64,000 bases of DNA from the human T2T-CHM13v2.0 reference genome, Homo sapiens, in assembly GCF_009914755.1 (NCBI RefSeq), contig NC_060926.1; one strand, given 5' to 3'. Under the pieces are notes generated by a model, which searched no databases, had not been told where the DNA came from, and saw only the letters and a program-made list of their open reading frames with translations. The stretch's first letter is position 1, and every line of letters begins with the position of its first letter. Below, in pieces: positions 25,476-38,115 of this stretch. Both the position numbers and the translations under genes were made by a program.

Positions 25476-27394
25476 ACATCTCAATTAATTTTCAAGCCCT
25501 TCTATTTCTCATGACCACCCTGACTTTTTAGACTTGTTTCCTATTAGTTCTAAAACAGGGTATGTCCAGATACACAACTTTGTACCTGCATAATAGTTCT
25601 TAAAATAACTTTTGAACCTTTGTGGTGGAGCCTCGACTCTCTAGTTCTATGCTCTCTCATCTTGCCTGTCCTCATCTTCCTTACCTTGCAGGCCCTAGGA
25701 AGGATTGAGCTGCATTCCAATCTACCTGCTGTTCTTTTGCACTGGCTTGGTTTTAATGTGTATCTCCTTCACCTCTCATGCTCCCCAATCTGCTCTCTTC
25801 AACCTTTCTTTTTTTGCAAACTTCCTCAATCAAAATCTCTTCTTTCAAGATTTGATTCATTATCATCTCTTTGAGGACACAGTATAAGAGTGATAGATTC
25901 TGGAAGCATCATTGTAGATTGAATTTACTAAAGCACTTTAATGATAATCAAGAATTATAGGATTCTAGTCCCAGATCTGCCACAAACAACAAGGCCATTA
26001 GCCACTTTGGGCCTCTTTCTCCTACTTTTGAATAATGGCATGGAGATAGGGTTGGGGGTTGAAGTTTATCAGAGAATGTATATTCTCAAACATTTTCATG
26101 GGAAGGTAGAGCATATAAATAAGTAAGATAGGTCTGGGGTAAGATCATAGAGAGTGCTGAAGAAAAGAGGCATTCCATTATTTTTTTAAGTAATTTGCAT
26201 GCCAAGCCAAACATGCTTGCCAGTTGAATTCAAATCCTAGGCCTCTGGTATACAGGTTATGAATTTAGGGGCCATTGTAGTGCCTTTTCAATCCAATATG
26301 CATATTTGTTCTTCAACTCTATCTATATCTCTATTAGATTACATTACAATATTGTATGTTAACAGCAATTCTTTATAAGTTTTTTTCTTAACCTGTTTCA
26401 TCTGTTTTGACTCTTGACTCATATATTATGTGCATTCTTTATTCATTTTATAAGCCCCTATAACACCTACCACATGCTTCTGCCCACATTGATTCTCAGA
26501 AAAAGCTTGCTGAAATTTGCATTGAAGAGGGCTAGAAACTAAAAGTTGGGAAGACTGTAGAAAAAATAAGAAAGAAAGGATGGAGGAAAAGTATTTGAAA
26601 CAGAATAAGAAACCACTGTAAAAGTGTAGCCAAGGTATGGGGGGAGCTGGTTCAGGAACTCTGCACAGGTCTGGCCCTTTGAACCACATCAGAACACAGG
26701 TTTCCAGAGCTAAGCTGAGCTAAGGGTCGACTGACCTAGTGTTTCCCAAATTGTGCAGCCTAGGAAGAAGACAGATGAGCACCTTTATATTATCATAGCT
26801 GGTCGTTTTGATATACATTGGAAAAGTTGCTTTGTATTTTAATTACTGTTAGCAAAATACTGATTTCCTATTTACAGAAACAATGGGTTTTTCTTACTAA
26901 ATTTAGAAAAGCATTAAATAATAGGTAGTGTATATATTTAATAAAGTCATGAAAATTGTATTTAAATTACTAAGTTTGAGGAAATTCCTTTGTTTTTCAA
27001 AAGAAGAAATTGATCTGGCCAAGATCACACAGTGAGTAACTGGTAGAGTTGGGCTACATCTCAAATGGAAGAGACAGAACCTGGGTACTGGGTGCTCTCA
27101 CTCTCCCTATGAGTTGGATGGGTTTCATATTCCTCCTCTTACTCTGCTATTCATGCAGAAATTGAACATAATGAGCTCAAGCTTCTAGGGTTATCCTGAG
27201 CAGGTCTAGGGGGATGAATGGGTCCTGACATGGCAGGAGTCCCAGAAATGCATGTCTCTTCCACATGTTACCCACCAGCCTTCCTGTGTCGATAGATGTT
27301 CGTCTTTCCACTGATCTGTGTTTGAGCAAATTGATTTCCTAATCCTTTCATGGTTAGCAGAAATTTTAGATACATCTTACATCTGTGTTATTCT

Positions 27395-27540
27395 TTCAAA
27401 ATAATTTCACCCACAGTATCTGTTTGAATCCTCATATGAACCCAGGGGGTTAAGAACAGAACGTGTGATTATCCCCATTTTCCACATGAAGAAAGCCAGT
27501 GCCCCATGGTAATACAGTGATTCCATACGGGCTCTGGTGC
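27395..27540 (-). mobile_element. MIR fragment
   Basis: tttgaatcctcata..gattatccccattttccacatgaagaaa. Confidence 0.6.
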
Positions 27541-28794
27541 CTTTCTCACAGCTCACTGCTGTTTCCTCTTTTTCCTTTCAGAAAGAATGAAAGAAAAAAA
27601 AAATGCACAGTGATCTAAATGAGCTGTAATTGCTGGGCTTCAGTCCCATATTTATATTTTATAATGCTGATTTCTTTCAAATAGATTTGTGAGCCTTGTC
27701 TGTAATGAATTCTCCCAGGAGATAAATGACTAACTTGTTTCAAAGAGAAAATTTGTCCATCAAACTCGCGGGCCTTGTCTTGAGATTCAGTACTTCTCTC
27801 CTACCGCAACTTTGTTTATGCCATGTCTGAATAAAAGATCCCACATTTCCCTGAGATAAAAATAAGTTGAAAGAAAGCTATATTGGTGACCTAAGAGTTT
27901 CCTATTGTTCCAGGAAAGGATGAAAGGACAGATTTGTTTAGCTGAAATGTGTGTGTGTATCCTTACCCCAAAGTGGTATTTTACATTTATGAACTCTGTT
28001 GGCTTCACAGGAATCACGTGCTGTTGCCATTGTCTTTTAGTATCCGGGAAAATAAATACAGGCCTATTTAGGACTGCACCTTCCTGCCACCCTTCCCTCT
28101 GGCAGGTGGAATATTCCCAAGAGCTTTAGACTACTGCTTATGCGAACTTTTTAATGCATTTGTGTCAGCAGTAATACTGCTTTATTAAATGAAGCTTTTT
28201 CATTGTGGATAGGGGATGTATTAAATGCAGCAAGCCTTCTAATCACAGACAGCCAGCACAGCCCCACTCTCAGTAGCAGGTTACCAGCCACTCTCCCTTT
28301 ATTAATGGGCTTCCTTTGTCAAAGGAGGGAATGCAGCATCTTCAGAAACCCGTTAAAAGGCACAGCCTTTTGTTGCTGCCCTCAGCCATACCATGTGAAT
28401 TCAGTTTTCCCCTGTGTCAGGGGAAATTCATCACAAAAATATATACACGGGCTCTATCTAGCCAGCAACACTCCCTCATAGGCTCTGTATTTTCAGTCTC
28501 ACACTGAAGTCCACTCACTGATGGGTGTGTTAGTAGCTCCTCTGTGCTGCTTTCATCTCCCTGGATGTTGAGACAGCTGCGGCACATCTGAATACAAAAT
28601 CAGTAGAAACTGTGACAACATGGCAAGAAAATAACCTCTCTTTTCCAGAAACATCCAGGATCCTTCTAGAAATCCTTTGGAACTTTGTTGCTAACTCATT
28701 TGTTGCACCATCTAGGGAAAAAAAATCCCTACTTCTGGATAAAAATATGTCATCAATTCAAGTTTCCTCCACTTGGGGGAGTGACTCACACCAG

Positions 28795-28885
28795 CCCTAG
28801 AAAGCGGTCATCCAGCCTTCCACTTGAACAACTTCAGTAAAGCAGAATCCCACAGATCTTGAGGAACACCAGTTCATCATTGCGG
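28795..28885 (-). mobile_element. CR1/L3 LINE fragment
   Basis: gtcatccagccttccacttgaacaacttcagt..gaggaacaccagttcat resembles the L3 motif catccagcctctgcttgaacacctccagtga. Confidence 0.55.
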
Positions 28886-29459
28886 CGATCTGGAATGTTT
28901 CATACATGCTTTTTTATGAAGCAGAAACTTCAAAATTTCGCTGAAGCCAGACGTAGGACAGATTCTAGCAAAGTTGTAGGTGAATGAGAATTTCACAGCT
29001 TGAACAACAAGAACTATTAATACATGAAGCAGCAACTGAATGAATAACACCATTGGTTCATCTCTTCTGGGCACTTAGTAGAAGCTGCTGTGTCTAGAAC
29101 ACTCACTTGATTCAAGAGGAGTTCAGTTCCCCATTTTACTGGGGCTTCATTTTGTAGGAAGGATGACCTCACTTTAACCGTATCTGTGAATATGACCCAG
29201 TGTTTCCTCTTTAGTTAAAATCGACGTATCATGTTTAAAGACTGTCTTTTCACTCTGGAAAGTTCTGAGGATCCAGATGCACCATTACAAGGGCATTTTA
29301 TAGTCTTCAGTGCAGCACTATCTTGCCTCTTTTTGCTTCTAATTCTTCTTACCTACCATTTCTCCTTCTTATTAATTTTGAGCTACGTGGTTATAATTTT
29401 AAAATATGTAAAATATATGTATATAAATACATACATATAAATATATAGTATATAATCAT

Positions 29460-29660
29460 TTAGAGTCATGTATCTTAATTGTTAGACCCAAAGTCACTCT
29501 ATATTGGCTGTGTTGCACTCAGCAAATCATTTTGCTGGTTTTTAAAGTGAGAATAATAATGAGACCAACCCTAGAGCATTACCACAGGGAACAAATTTTC
29601 AGATGACACATGTAGTAAAAGGACTTTTGAAAATATAAAGAACCCTGTGAATGTTAATGA
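29460..29660 (+). mobile_element. MIR fragment
   Basis: ggctgtgttgcactcagcaaatcattt..taaagtgagaataataat. Confidence 0.5.
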
Positions 29661-30131
29661 TTGTCTCTGCTGTGAGAAAGGGCAGACAGAATAAAGGACT
29701 TTTCATCATATTCTGTGGCCTGGGTGTAGCCACCCTGATGAATGCAGTGCTGGAGAGAGGCTGGAAGGTAGATCTCCAAGGAGAGTTCCAATGAATGTGG
29801 GATTCATCAATCCATGGATGGTGTGTTAGTGTGCACAGTGCAGCTCAGTCCTAAACCATTCATGTGGATGTGATTATTTTCTCCTCAAGCACTCGCGCTC
29901 TGGTATATATTGCAACTCTGCCTTCGGCATTCTGTCAGGAATAAGCAATAATTGAACAAGGAGGCCAGATATTAGTGTCCATGAATACAGAGATGCTCAT
30001 AGGGAAGTCTACACCCGGGCAATCATCAGTGCAGTCGATTATACTGCCACTTGCTTTCTGAATTTTATTTGTATTCAAAAGGCAAGACAAGCATCCCAAG
30101 AGTGAGGAATCCTATCTGTGGTCAAATTTAA

Positions 30132-30316
30132 AATTGTCACATACAGTTGTGAAGGTTGCACACTGCGCAAAGTAAGGGTGCATCACACACACCCTGGACG
30201 TTAGAGAGTTGTATATTTATTATGACAAATTCCTGAAGTGTGTGGTTTTAACAATCTAACATTTCACAATATGTTTCTAACAGATGGATGTAAAGTAAGG
30301 TACTGTATGGGCTAGC
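30132..30316 (+). mobile_element. MER91A-like (hAT-Tip100) element with a ~44-nt internal insertion
   Basis: tacagttgtgaaggttgcacactgc, ttgtatatttattatgacaa, cagatggatgtaaagt and aaggtactgtatgggctagc match MER91A segments in order. Confidence 0.7.
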
Positions 30317-32139
30317 TAAAAGGATAAATTTTTCTTGCTTTGAAGCATTTTATTGTTCTTTATGTCAGCTCTATGTGTGAGCTTTTCCTATCTTGGGCAG
30401 AATGACAGTCAATTCTTCTCAGACTGAAGTGAGCAAAACTTCCTTTTAAAAATCTTCCAATCTTAAGAATCTCAGGTTATTTTTTTGCACTTAGGAAGCT
30501 TGCAGCTGTTCCTAAATCAAAGTAAATTTGTTATCTGAAAAGTCAACTTAATTTGTGCAACATTTTTTCTGCGGATCCTTGTCCTAAGGGAAGTAGAAGA
30601 CAGCGTCCTGGAACACACAACAGTGCAAAGTAGAAGCTTTATTTATGTCGCACACTGTGAGGGGCATGGCAAAGTGTGGAGATGGGAGTGAGATTATGGT
30701 ATTGCACTGGAGTCGAGACATATAGTCAAGCTAGGGAATGTTCCACTGAGCCATTGATGATAAACAGACCATCTCCCTGTTTCCAGAGGCAACAGGGAAA
30801 TTGAATATTTTTCACATGCAATTCTGCATGTTTGAGAACTGCTTCAGTGGAAGTATCTTTAGGGAGCATTTCACAGGCATCAAAACCATAACCGGCAGGG
30901 AAGGCAGAAGGAACTCACATGTTAGACACAACCCTGGTCGGAAGGCAGTTGCTGATTGAACCTGGATTCCTCTACTGGACAAAGGGACACATATTGAGTT
31001 TGGCAGGACTACCAGGATTGGCAGGACCTTTGGTGGAAAGGACTCTGCTCTTACCGCCTCACTTCCCAGAGACATGGTACCTCTCCTAAACGTTACTGAC
31101 ATTATGATTAAGTCTACTTCTACAGAGAAGGAGGCCCCCATTTAAAAAGGAGAAGTGCTTTGGATAATGTCGAGTTAGTAGAATTATCAGTGTCAAGGTC
31201 AGAACTGGATAGAATTCAGGGTTTCTGAAACCCTGTCCCAGCCTTTATGTTGTTCGTTCCAGGAGTGATTGACTCATGGCCCTAATTAGATCCTCTCTAT
31301 TTGGGCAAGAACACTGACTCTTGATTTTGCGGTTCAACAGTGTCTAGATACTGGGTAGCTGCTATGAGTAGCATTATGTAATTAGACAGCCCATTTGGGG
31401 ACATTTCCCAACTCAGACATGATCCCTAACATTGACCCCATTTATTCCACTGTTCACTGAATGTCAGGGTTTTGAGAGGATGCAAGCAGAGCACCAAGGT
31501 GAGGAGACGGAACTGCACAGAATAACTGGGGTTTTTGACATCTGCAAGGCCAAACCTCCTGCAGGGCCTTCAATTCCACCTGGTTGCTTGTCCAGCCCCT
31601 GATGATGTACAGTACTGAGGGAGGTCACAGGAGCCCCTGAGCTGCCTCCAGTAGTGAGCTGTCATATATCCCTCTTCACAATGACCTTCCTTCCTGGCAC
31701 TGCGCCTCTCCCGCAGTCCTAAGTGGCCTGTTCTGAAGTGTGTGGTTTTAACCCTTTTCCAGAAGTCTCAGTTCACTCACCAGAGTCTCTGTGGATCTCA
31801 CAAGGTGTTCCTGGGACATAAAGCAACTCAAGAATTTTCTTTACTACAATGTTGTCTCAATCAAGACATCTAATCTGTTATTTTCAGCCTTTGTGTGGCA
31901 GAAAGATTAATTAAGCTATGATGTAGAAGATATAGGTTTCAGCCTTTGTTTTCTCATTCTTCAACTAAGTTACTAAGTAATAATGGACAAAGGATTTACT
32001 TCTTTCCCTTTACGAATACTTCCCCTGTCTAAGTTACAAAGCTGATGGGAGCATTAAATGAGATTGTGGCTGCGCAAAGGGTTTGAAAATTAAAAGGTGT
32101 GTTTTATAATCTTGGACCACAATGTGGCCAATAAGAATA

Positions 32140-32390
32140 AGAATAACTGCCACCTCGTGAGCCCTTAACTATGTTCCAGGTACTGTGTTGATTAGTTTTC
32201 ACACTTTATCTCTTTTAATCGTCACAGTAATCCAATGAGCTTGGTACCATTATTACTCCATTATTTTCCGACATTATTGTGAAGACTTCCAAAAGTTAAA
32301 AATTTTCCTAGTATCTCAATTATGTGGCAAATCCAGTATTGAAATCTTGACTCAGCCCTGAGCCTGCACTCTCAACCATCATTGCTACAT
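32140..32390 (-). mobile_element. MIR
   Basis: actatgttccaggtactgtg..atctcttttaatcgtcacagtaatccaatgag..gcactctcaaccat. Confidence 0.7.
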
Positions 32391-33079
32391 CCTCAGTAAT
32401 GTAGCAATTAGTAATAACAATAATAAGCAACGACCTGGAAGATTGATGTTCTTCCATTAATCTGACAGTGAAGAAAGATGGCAGAGGGTCAGCTAAAGTG
32501 TATATTTTGTAGAAGTTGCTCATGGAGCCATGGCACTATTTCTGAAGGACATTAATATCCAAAAATATCTCATTTACTGGTATCTACAACTCTGTCTTTG
32601 CCTGGAGGGTCTGGGATGGTTTGACTGAAATGGTAAGATCCTTTCTAGTCCTAATTCTTGGTGCTTGCCCAAAGTAGAGGCTACATCTGTTTATTTGCAC
32701 AAATTGAAGGAACCTCTCTTCTTATTTGGTTATTTCGTTGTTTTGTTTTTCAACGCGAGGCTTTCAGGTAACAGCTATGACCTCACTCACATAAACCAAT
32801 GGAAGAATGCAGAGACACCAAGATGCATGGATAGGCCAGAGACTGAGAAATCGTCAAGTTCTCAGAGCAGAAAAGATAAGCCAAGTTTGTAAAATAGCAA
32901 AGAGCAGAGCCAACCCACGTCACATGTTAAAATAAGCTCCATTTTATCTATTTTTGGTGGGAATACAAAGGGTTAAGAAAGAAGTCAGCTGATAATTCGT
33001 AATTGAATTAAGCATTTGAGGATGTATTCTTTGAGTTGTACATTTTTTTTTCCACCAAAGCAATCATTGTAAAATATTT

Positions 33080-33178
33080 AGGTAACATTTGTTACCTGCC
33101 AGGCCGAGTGCAAGTGCTGGGAACCACATGTGGAAGGATAGACCTAGTCTCTGCCCTTATGGTGCTGACAGTGTAGCG
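33080..33178 (-). mobile_element. L2 3' end
   Basis: gtgcaagtgctgggaac..gtctctgcccttatggtgctgacagtgtag. Confidence 0.6.
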
Positions 33179-34209
33179 ATCCACCTAAGTACCTGGTGGC
33201 ACCACAATGATAGTCAGACTCTGCACGGTTCTAAACATTTCCAGTGCTTGCATTTTGATCCTTGGTTGAATTGCTTGACTTTAGGTAAATTGTTCAAAAC
33301 AGCATGCAATAGTTGCTTCCCGGTTCATACATAAATATGGCTCTCCTCAGATGACACATATACCTATTGAGTTAGTAGAAAATTTAGATGTGTATTTGCT
33401 AACTTTATTTTTTTAGTGTGTGCTGCAAATGTCAGTTCAAATTTTGCTGGTCAAACACCCCTTGTAATAGGCTTTGATAATTTAGCTCCTAGGAATGGCT
33501 TGGTTACAGAACCCCGTAAAAGTTTATTGACTTCTGCTTGCTGGCTTAGGTTGTAGGTTAGAATGTACCTCAGAAATTAGCTTCATCCAGTTTAATGACT
33601 TCATTACAGAGCAGTTTGCGTGCTCTCAAGCACTGCGTAATATATTTTTTAACACCAGTTTGTAGCTATCTTGAGCTATTTCTATGTAATAGGAGAGGCG
33701 GGTTTCACTTGTTTAAATGGCCAAAATAAAAAATGTCGCTGAAATGGGACCCCGTAGGGTCCACGTGGTTGGGGACTTTCACTACCAATATGGTCTGAGG
33801 TAATAATTGAATACCCAATTGAATTTCAGCTAACTCCAGTGTTATAAAGAGATCACTTGTAGTAGCCATTGCTTTTCCTAAGGGCAAATAAATAGTGATT
33901 TGAAAATTATATTTAGGCTTTACATAAAACCAAAGGCAATAGAGGTTGATGAATATTTGTAGCCATTTATTAGTCTAAATCCAACATGAAATGAATTTGG
34001 TTTTCTCCCTATGCCTAAATAGAGTGTTTTAGGAGGACTATTATCCCTTCTATGTTACCCTAAGACATGTTATTACACATTGCTAATGAACCTCTCAGTT
34101 CACTGTACATAAATGTGGTGACATCTGCAAAGCTGACTACTTGCTAGTCTGTTACTGTGTTGAAGTGTATTCTGTTAGTGCAATAAGAAGTTAAATTTAA
34201 GAAATATTT

Positions 34210-34760
34210 TAAAATATGATTAATAACAATTGTAAATACATGATAATTTTAGAAAAACTAGAATAAATATATAAAGGACATTAAGTCACACAAGATCCTA
34301 CCACCTGGAAAGACCTACTATTAACATTTTGGTGCCTGTTCATATGTATATGAAGATCTCCAGATGTATCTGGAGATTCTACATCTATATAGCTGGAGAT
34401 CATATTGCTCAATATTTTCACTCATTTTATAATAACTATAAAGTAAATTTTGATAATCTTTCCATTTTTTAATATAAATTTTATTGGCTGCAGAGTGTTC
34501 TGTTCTATAGATTATCCTCTAACCAGTACCCTATTGCTAGGAATATGGATAGTTTCCAGGATTTCATTATTGCAACAATGCTTGTGTATAAACAAATTGG
34601 TGTATATATATTTTTGTACAATTTTAAGCTTATTTCCTAATGGGAATTCTTTCGAAATGTAACTGCTGAGTAGAAGTGCTTCGCTGCTGCTTCTCCTTTC
34701 ACTCCTGACTTTCTCTGAGGATTGCCCATGTGGCTGTGCCCTGCAGGGTTGCTTAGGCCT
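34210..34760 (-). mobile_element. L1ME-class fragment
   Basis: ctactattaacattttggtg, accagtaccctattgctaggaatatggatagtttccag and tttcctaatgggaatt. Confidence 0.6.
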
Positions 34761-35483
34761 ATAATGTGGTCCTTCACACCTCTCTCCCCTTTTCTCCTTG
34801 GATCTACACATATGCATTCCGGGGTCCTATGGCCTTGGGGCTGTTTTCTTGTTTGTGAGGGAGGCCTTTGAAAGGTTTAGACAGATAAGGGTTAGCAATG
34901 CCTTAATTAACAACATAGAAATATCATTGTCATCCCTGCTGTCTTGTTGGCTAGTTCCTATATTATGCCTACAAATTATCAACATGTCCTCAGCTTCCAT
35001 CTCCAGAAGGTTCTTAAGAACTAAAAATCAGGACCCTTTCAAAATTTCCAGATTCTAATAAGACTGTCTATTCCATCAACAACAATATTGACAAAAATAA
35101 TAAAAACAACAATAACAATACCTAATACAAATTCTAATGTGCCAGAACGGAATTATGTAATCTGGCCCTCGGAAATGGAATTTCTTTAGACTAATTTTAG
35201 AATATTCTTTTAACTGAGTGTATGTGATGGGGCATGGGGGGTAGGGTGTGGAGTGGGGAGAGTTTGTACATAATTGCTTAACTGGGTTTTTGGTCCTAGG
35301 AGGATGTCCTTACTGATTTTTATTTGTTTTCTGTTTCACTTGATGGATTGGCGGCAGATTGGGTATGAGAACAATTAAAAATCTATAAATCCACAGAATA
35401 TTAGATTTTGTTAAAACTATTCTGCACACGAGGAAACTGAGGACTAGAGAGGTGAAGAGACAAAATTTTGTGAAGTGAATTTA

Positions 35484-35784
35484 TATATTTATTTATTTAT
35501 TAGATAGAGTTTCACTCTGTTGCCCAGGCTGGAGTGCCAGTGGCACAGTCTTGGCTCACTGAAACCTCCGCCTCCTGGGTTCAAGTAATTCTTCTGCCTC
35601 AGCTTCTCGAGTAGATGGGATTACAGGCACGTGCCACCATGCCTGGCTAATTTTCTGTCTTTTTAGTACAGATGGGGTTTCACCATGTTGGCCCAGCTGT
35701 TGTCGAACTCCTAACCTCAAGTGATCCACCTGCCTCGGCCTCCCAAAGTGCAGGGATTACAGGCGTGAGCCACTGCACCCGGCC
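35484..35784 (-). mobile_element. AluS with (TTTA)n tail
   Basis: Full dimer ending gagccactgcacccggcc. Confidence 0.95.
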
Positions 35785-35789
35785 ATGTG

Positions 35790-35932
35790 TAGCAAATTTA
35801 AATTCAGTTCCTTAGCCACTCTCGCCACATAAGTGTTGTGTTTGACAGTCACATGTTCCTAACGGCTACCATATAGGACAATACAGATATACAACATTTT
35901 TATTATCATAGAAGTTTCTACTAGCCAACTCT
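35790..35932. mobile_element. MER3/MER33 (hAT-Charlie) fragment
   Basis: aaattcagttccttagccactc..gtcacatg..ggctaccatataggacaatacagatatacaacattt..atcatagaagttt. Confidence 0.7.
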
Positions 35933-37116
35933 GCTTTTTAACCTCTAGTCTAACACTTGAATATTGGTTCCACTGTTCCACTGAAACATTTTTTACAGCC
36001 ACTGAATGTCTTCCAGAGCAACCCTGAATATTGTAACTTTATGTGGAGACCTTTTGAAAGCAATGCATTATTGCATTTCAAAGCCATACTTAGGCTTATT
36101 AAAGCATATTGTAATGTCACTGTATTTAAATTATCCACACTGGTTGCCTAATTACCACTTTAAGTCTTTTAATACACACGTCCCTTAATTTTGCATTTTT
36201 CTTAAACATATCAATTTGCACTTAACCATAAATAATAGAGTGCTTAGCTCATACATATCAATGAGAATCCCCTTTAGAAGTGAAAGATTGCTTGCTTAAT
36301 ACCAAGGAGTATTTTGGAGAACATCAAATCCCTTGACAGATGCATGTTGCCACAACGATTTATTTTCTTCTGCTTGTAGCTAAAATAGCATCATTTTGCT
36401 ATTTAACGATATTGGAGGAGAAGGTTATAGCAAAATGATTTACAAATAGTAATTGCATTTTCCAGCTTACTTATTTCCATAAACGAGCCCAAAAATTTAA
36501 TCTGGACTTGTATGTCAGACTCAACAGTATCAATATTTGTGTCTTCACCAATCACACAAGAAGGTGTTTGCTTTTGTTTCAGGTAAAAATGTATTAGAAG
36601 TTATTTCATGCCCAATATTCATATATTTCTCCATTTGATTTTGACTGCATTATTCATTGGTGAAAGAGGTAACTGTTTACAGACTGGGATTTCAGTGGCT
36701 TCAATGCTCACCAACATCCTCCTCATTGCTGGTTGATGCCTAGAATCCCAGGCTTAGCTTAGCCTAAAATCCCTTAGCTTTTCTCCCTATTAAAATGAAA
36801 ATATCAAATATCTCTAGGGTGGGATACTATTAATATTAGGAGATAACATTTCAACTATGACTTGAAGAATATGTGTCATACAAGTAGAAACTGAGAAAGA
36901 AAGGATCGAGGTGGTGATACTGATACACAAAGATAGCAATATTAATGGGGGCAGCAAATATTTCTTCTTATGTGGAGCTCAAGGTTTGTAGGAACAGATT
37001 GAAAATGAAGCCAAACAGATAATCAATGACCAGATTAGAGATTAGGAAGGATCCTGAAAGCATTTCTAATGCTTTTTGACTTTAGTTTATCAATGAGAAA
37101 GGATAGGGAAGGATAG

Positions 37117-37464
<348 letters not shown>

Positions 37465-37957
37465 TGAAACGTTTTTTGAGCAACAATACGGAGGGTAGGT
37501 TAGAGGAGAGTGGTTCTCAAGCAGGGGACATGAGTTGGGAGGCTGTTGGTAAAACTAAGGAATTTCAAATGTCAGAACAAAGATGGTGGCAGTGGCATTG
37601 GGAATGGAAAGATGCATAGGGATTCTGGAGACATTTGGAATTTCCCCAGTCTTTCCTCCTTCACCTATTTCAATGTAAATGATCAGAGTATAGTCTTGAG
37701 ACCCTTCCCAAACCTGAGAGGTGACATAGATCACCCCTTGTCTGCTTACTGGCCTTACATTGATTGCTGCTTCTGCATCCCTTATTGAGCCAAAACATTT
37801 CCTATTTTTCTGTGTTGACATGTAACTTCTGTCCTCTATGTGCCTGATCTACTCAGCTAATATATAAGCTCCTAGAAGTCACAGACCTTGGTTACCTTCC
37901 TTTTGCATCCTCTGTGGACACAAATAACAACTGAGAAGAGAAGAGAAGTGTCTGGGA

Positions 37958-38115
37958 TAGTGTTTCCCATATCTGACCCATTCATTACCTGGGAACTTGG
38001 AAAACTAAAGATTCTTTTGTCCCAACATGGAACATCTGATTAAGTAGTTCTAGAATGAGATCCAGGAATGTACGTTCTTTAACTTCAGCTGATTCTGGTG
38101 GCCATTTGGATGTGT
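37958..38115. mobile_element. MER5-family (hAT-Charlie) element
   Basis: tagtgtttccca..attacctgggaacttg..tctgattaagtag..ccaggaatgtacgtt..tgattctg. Confidence 0.6.
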
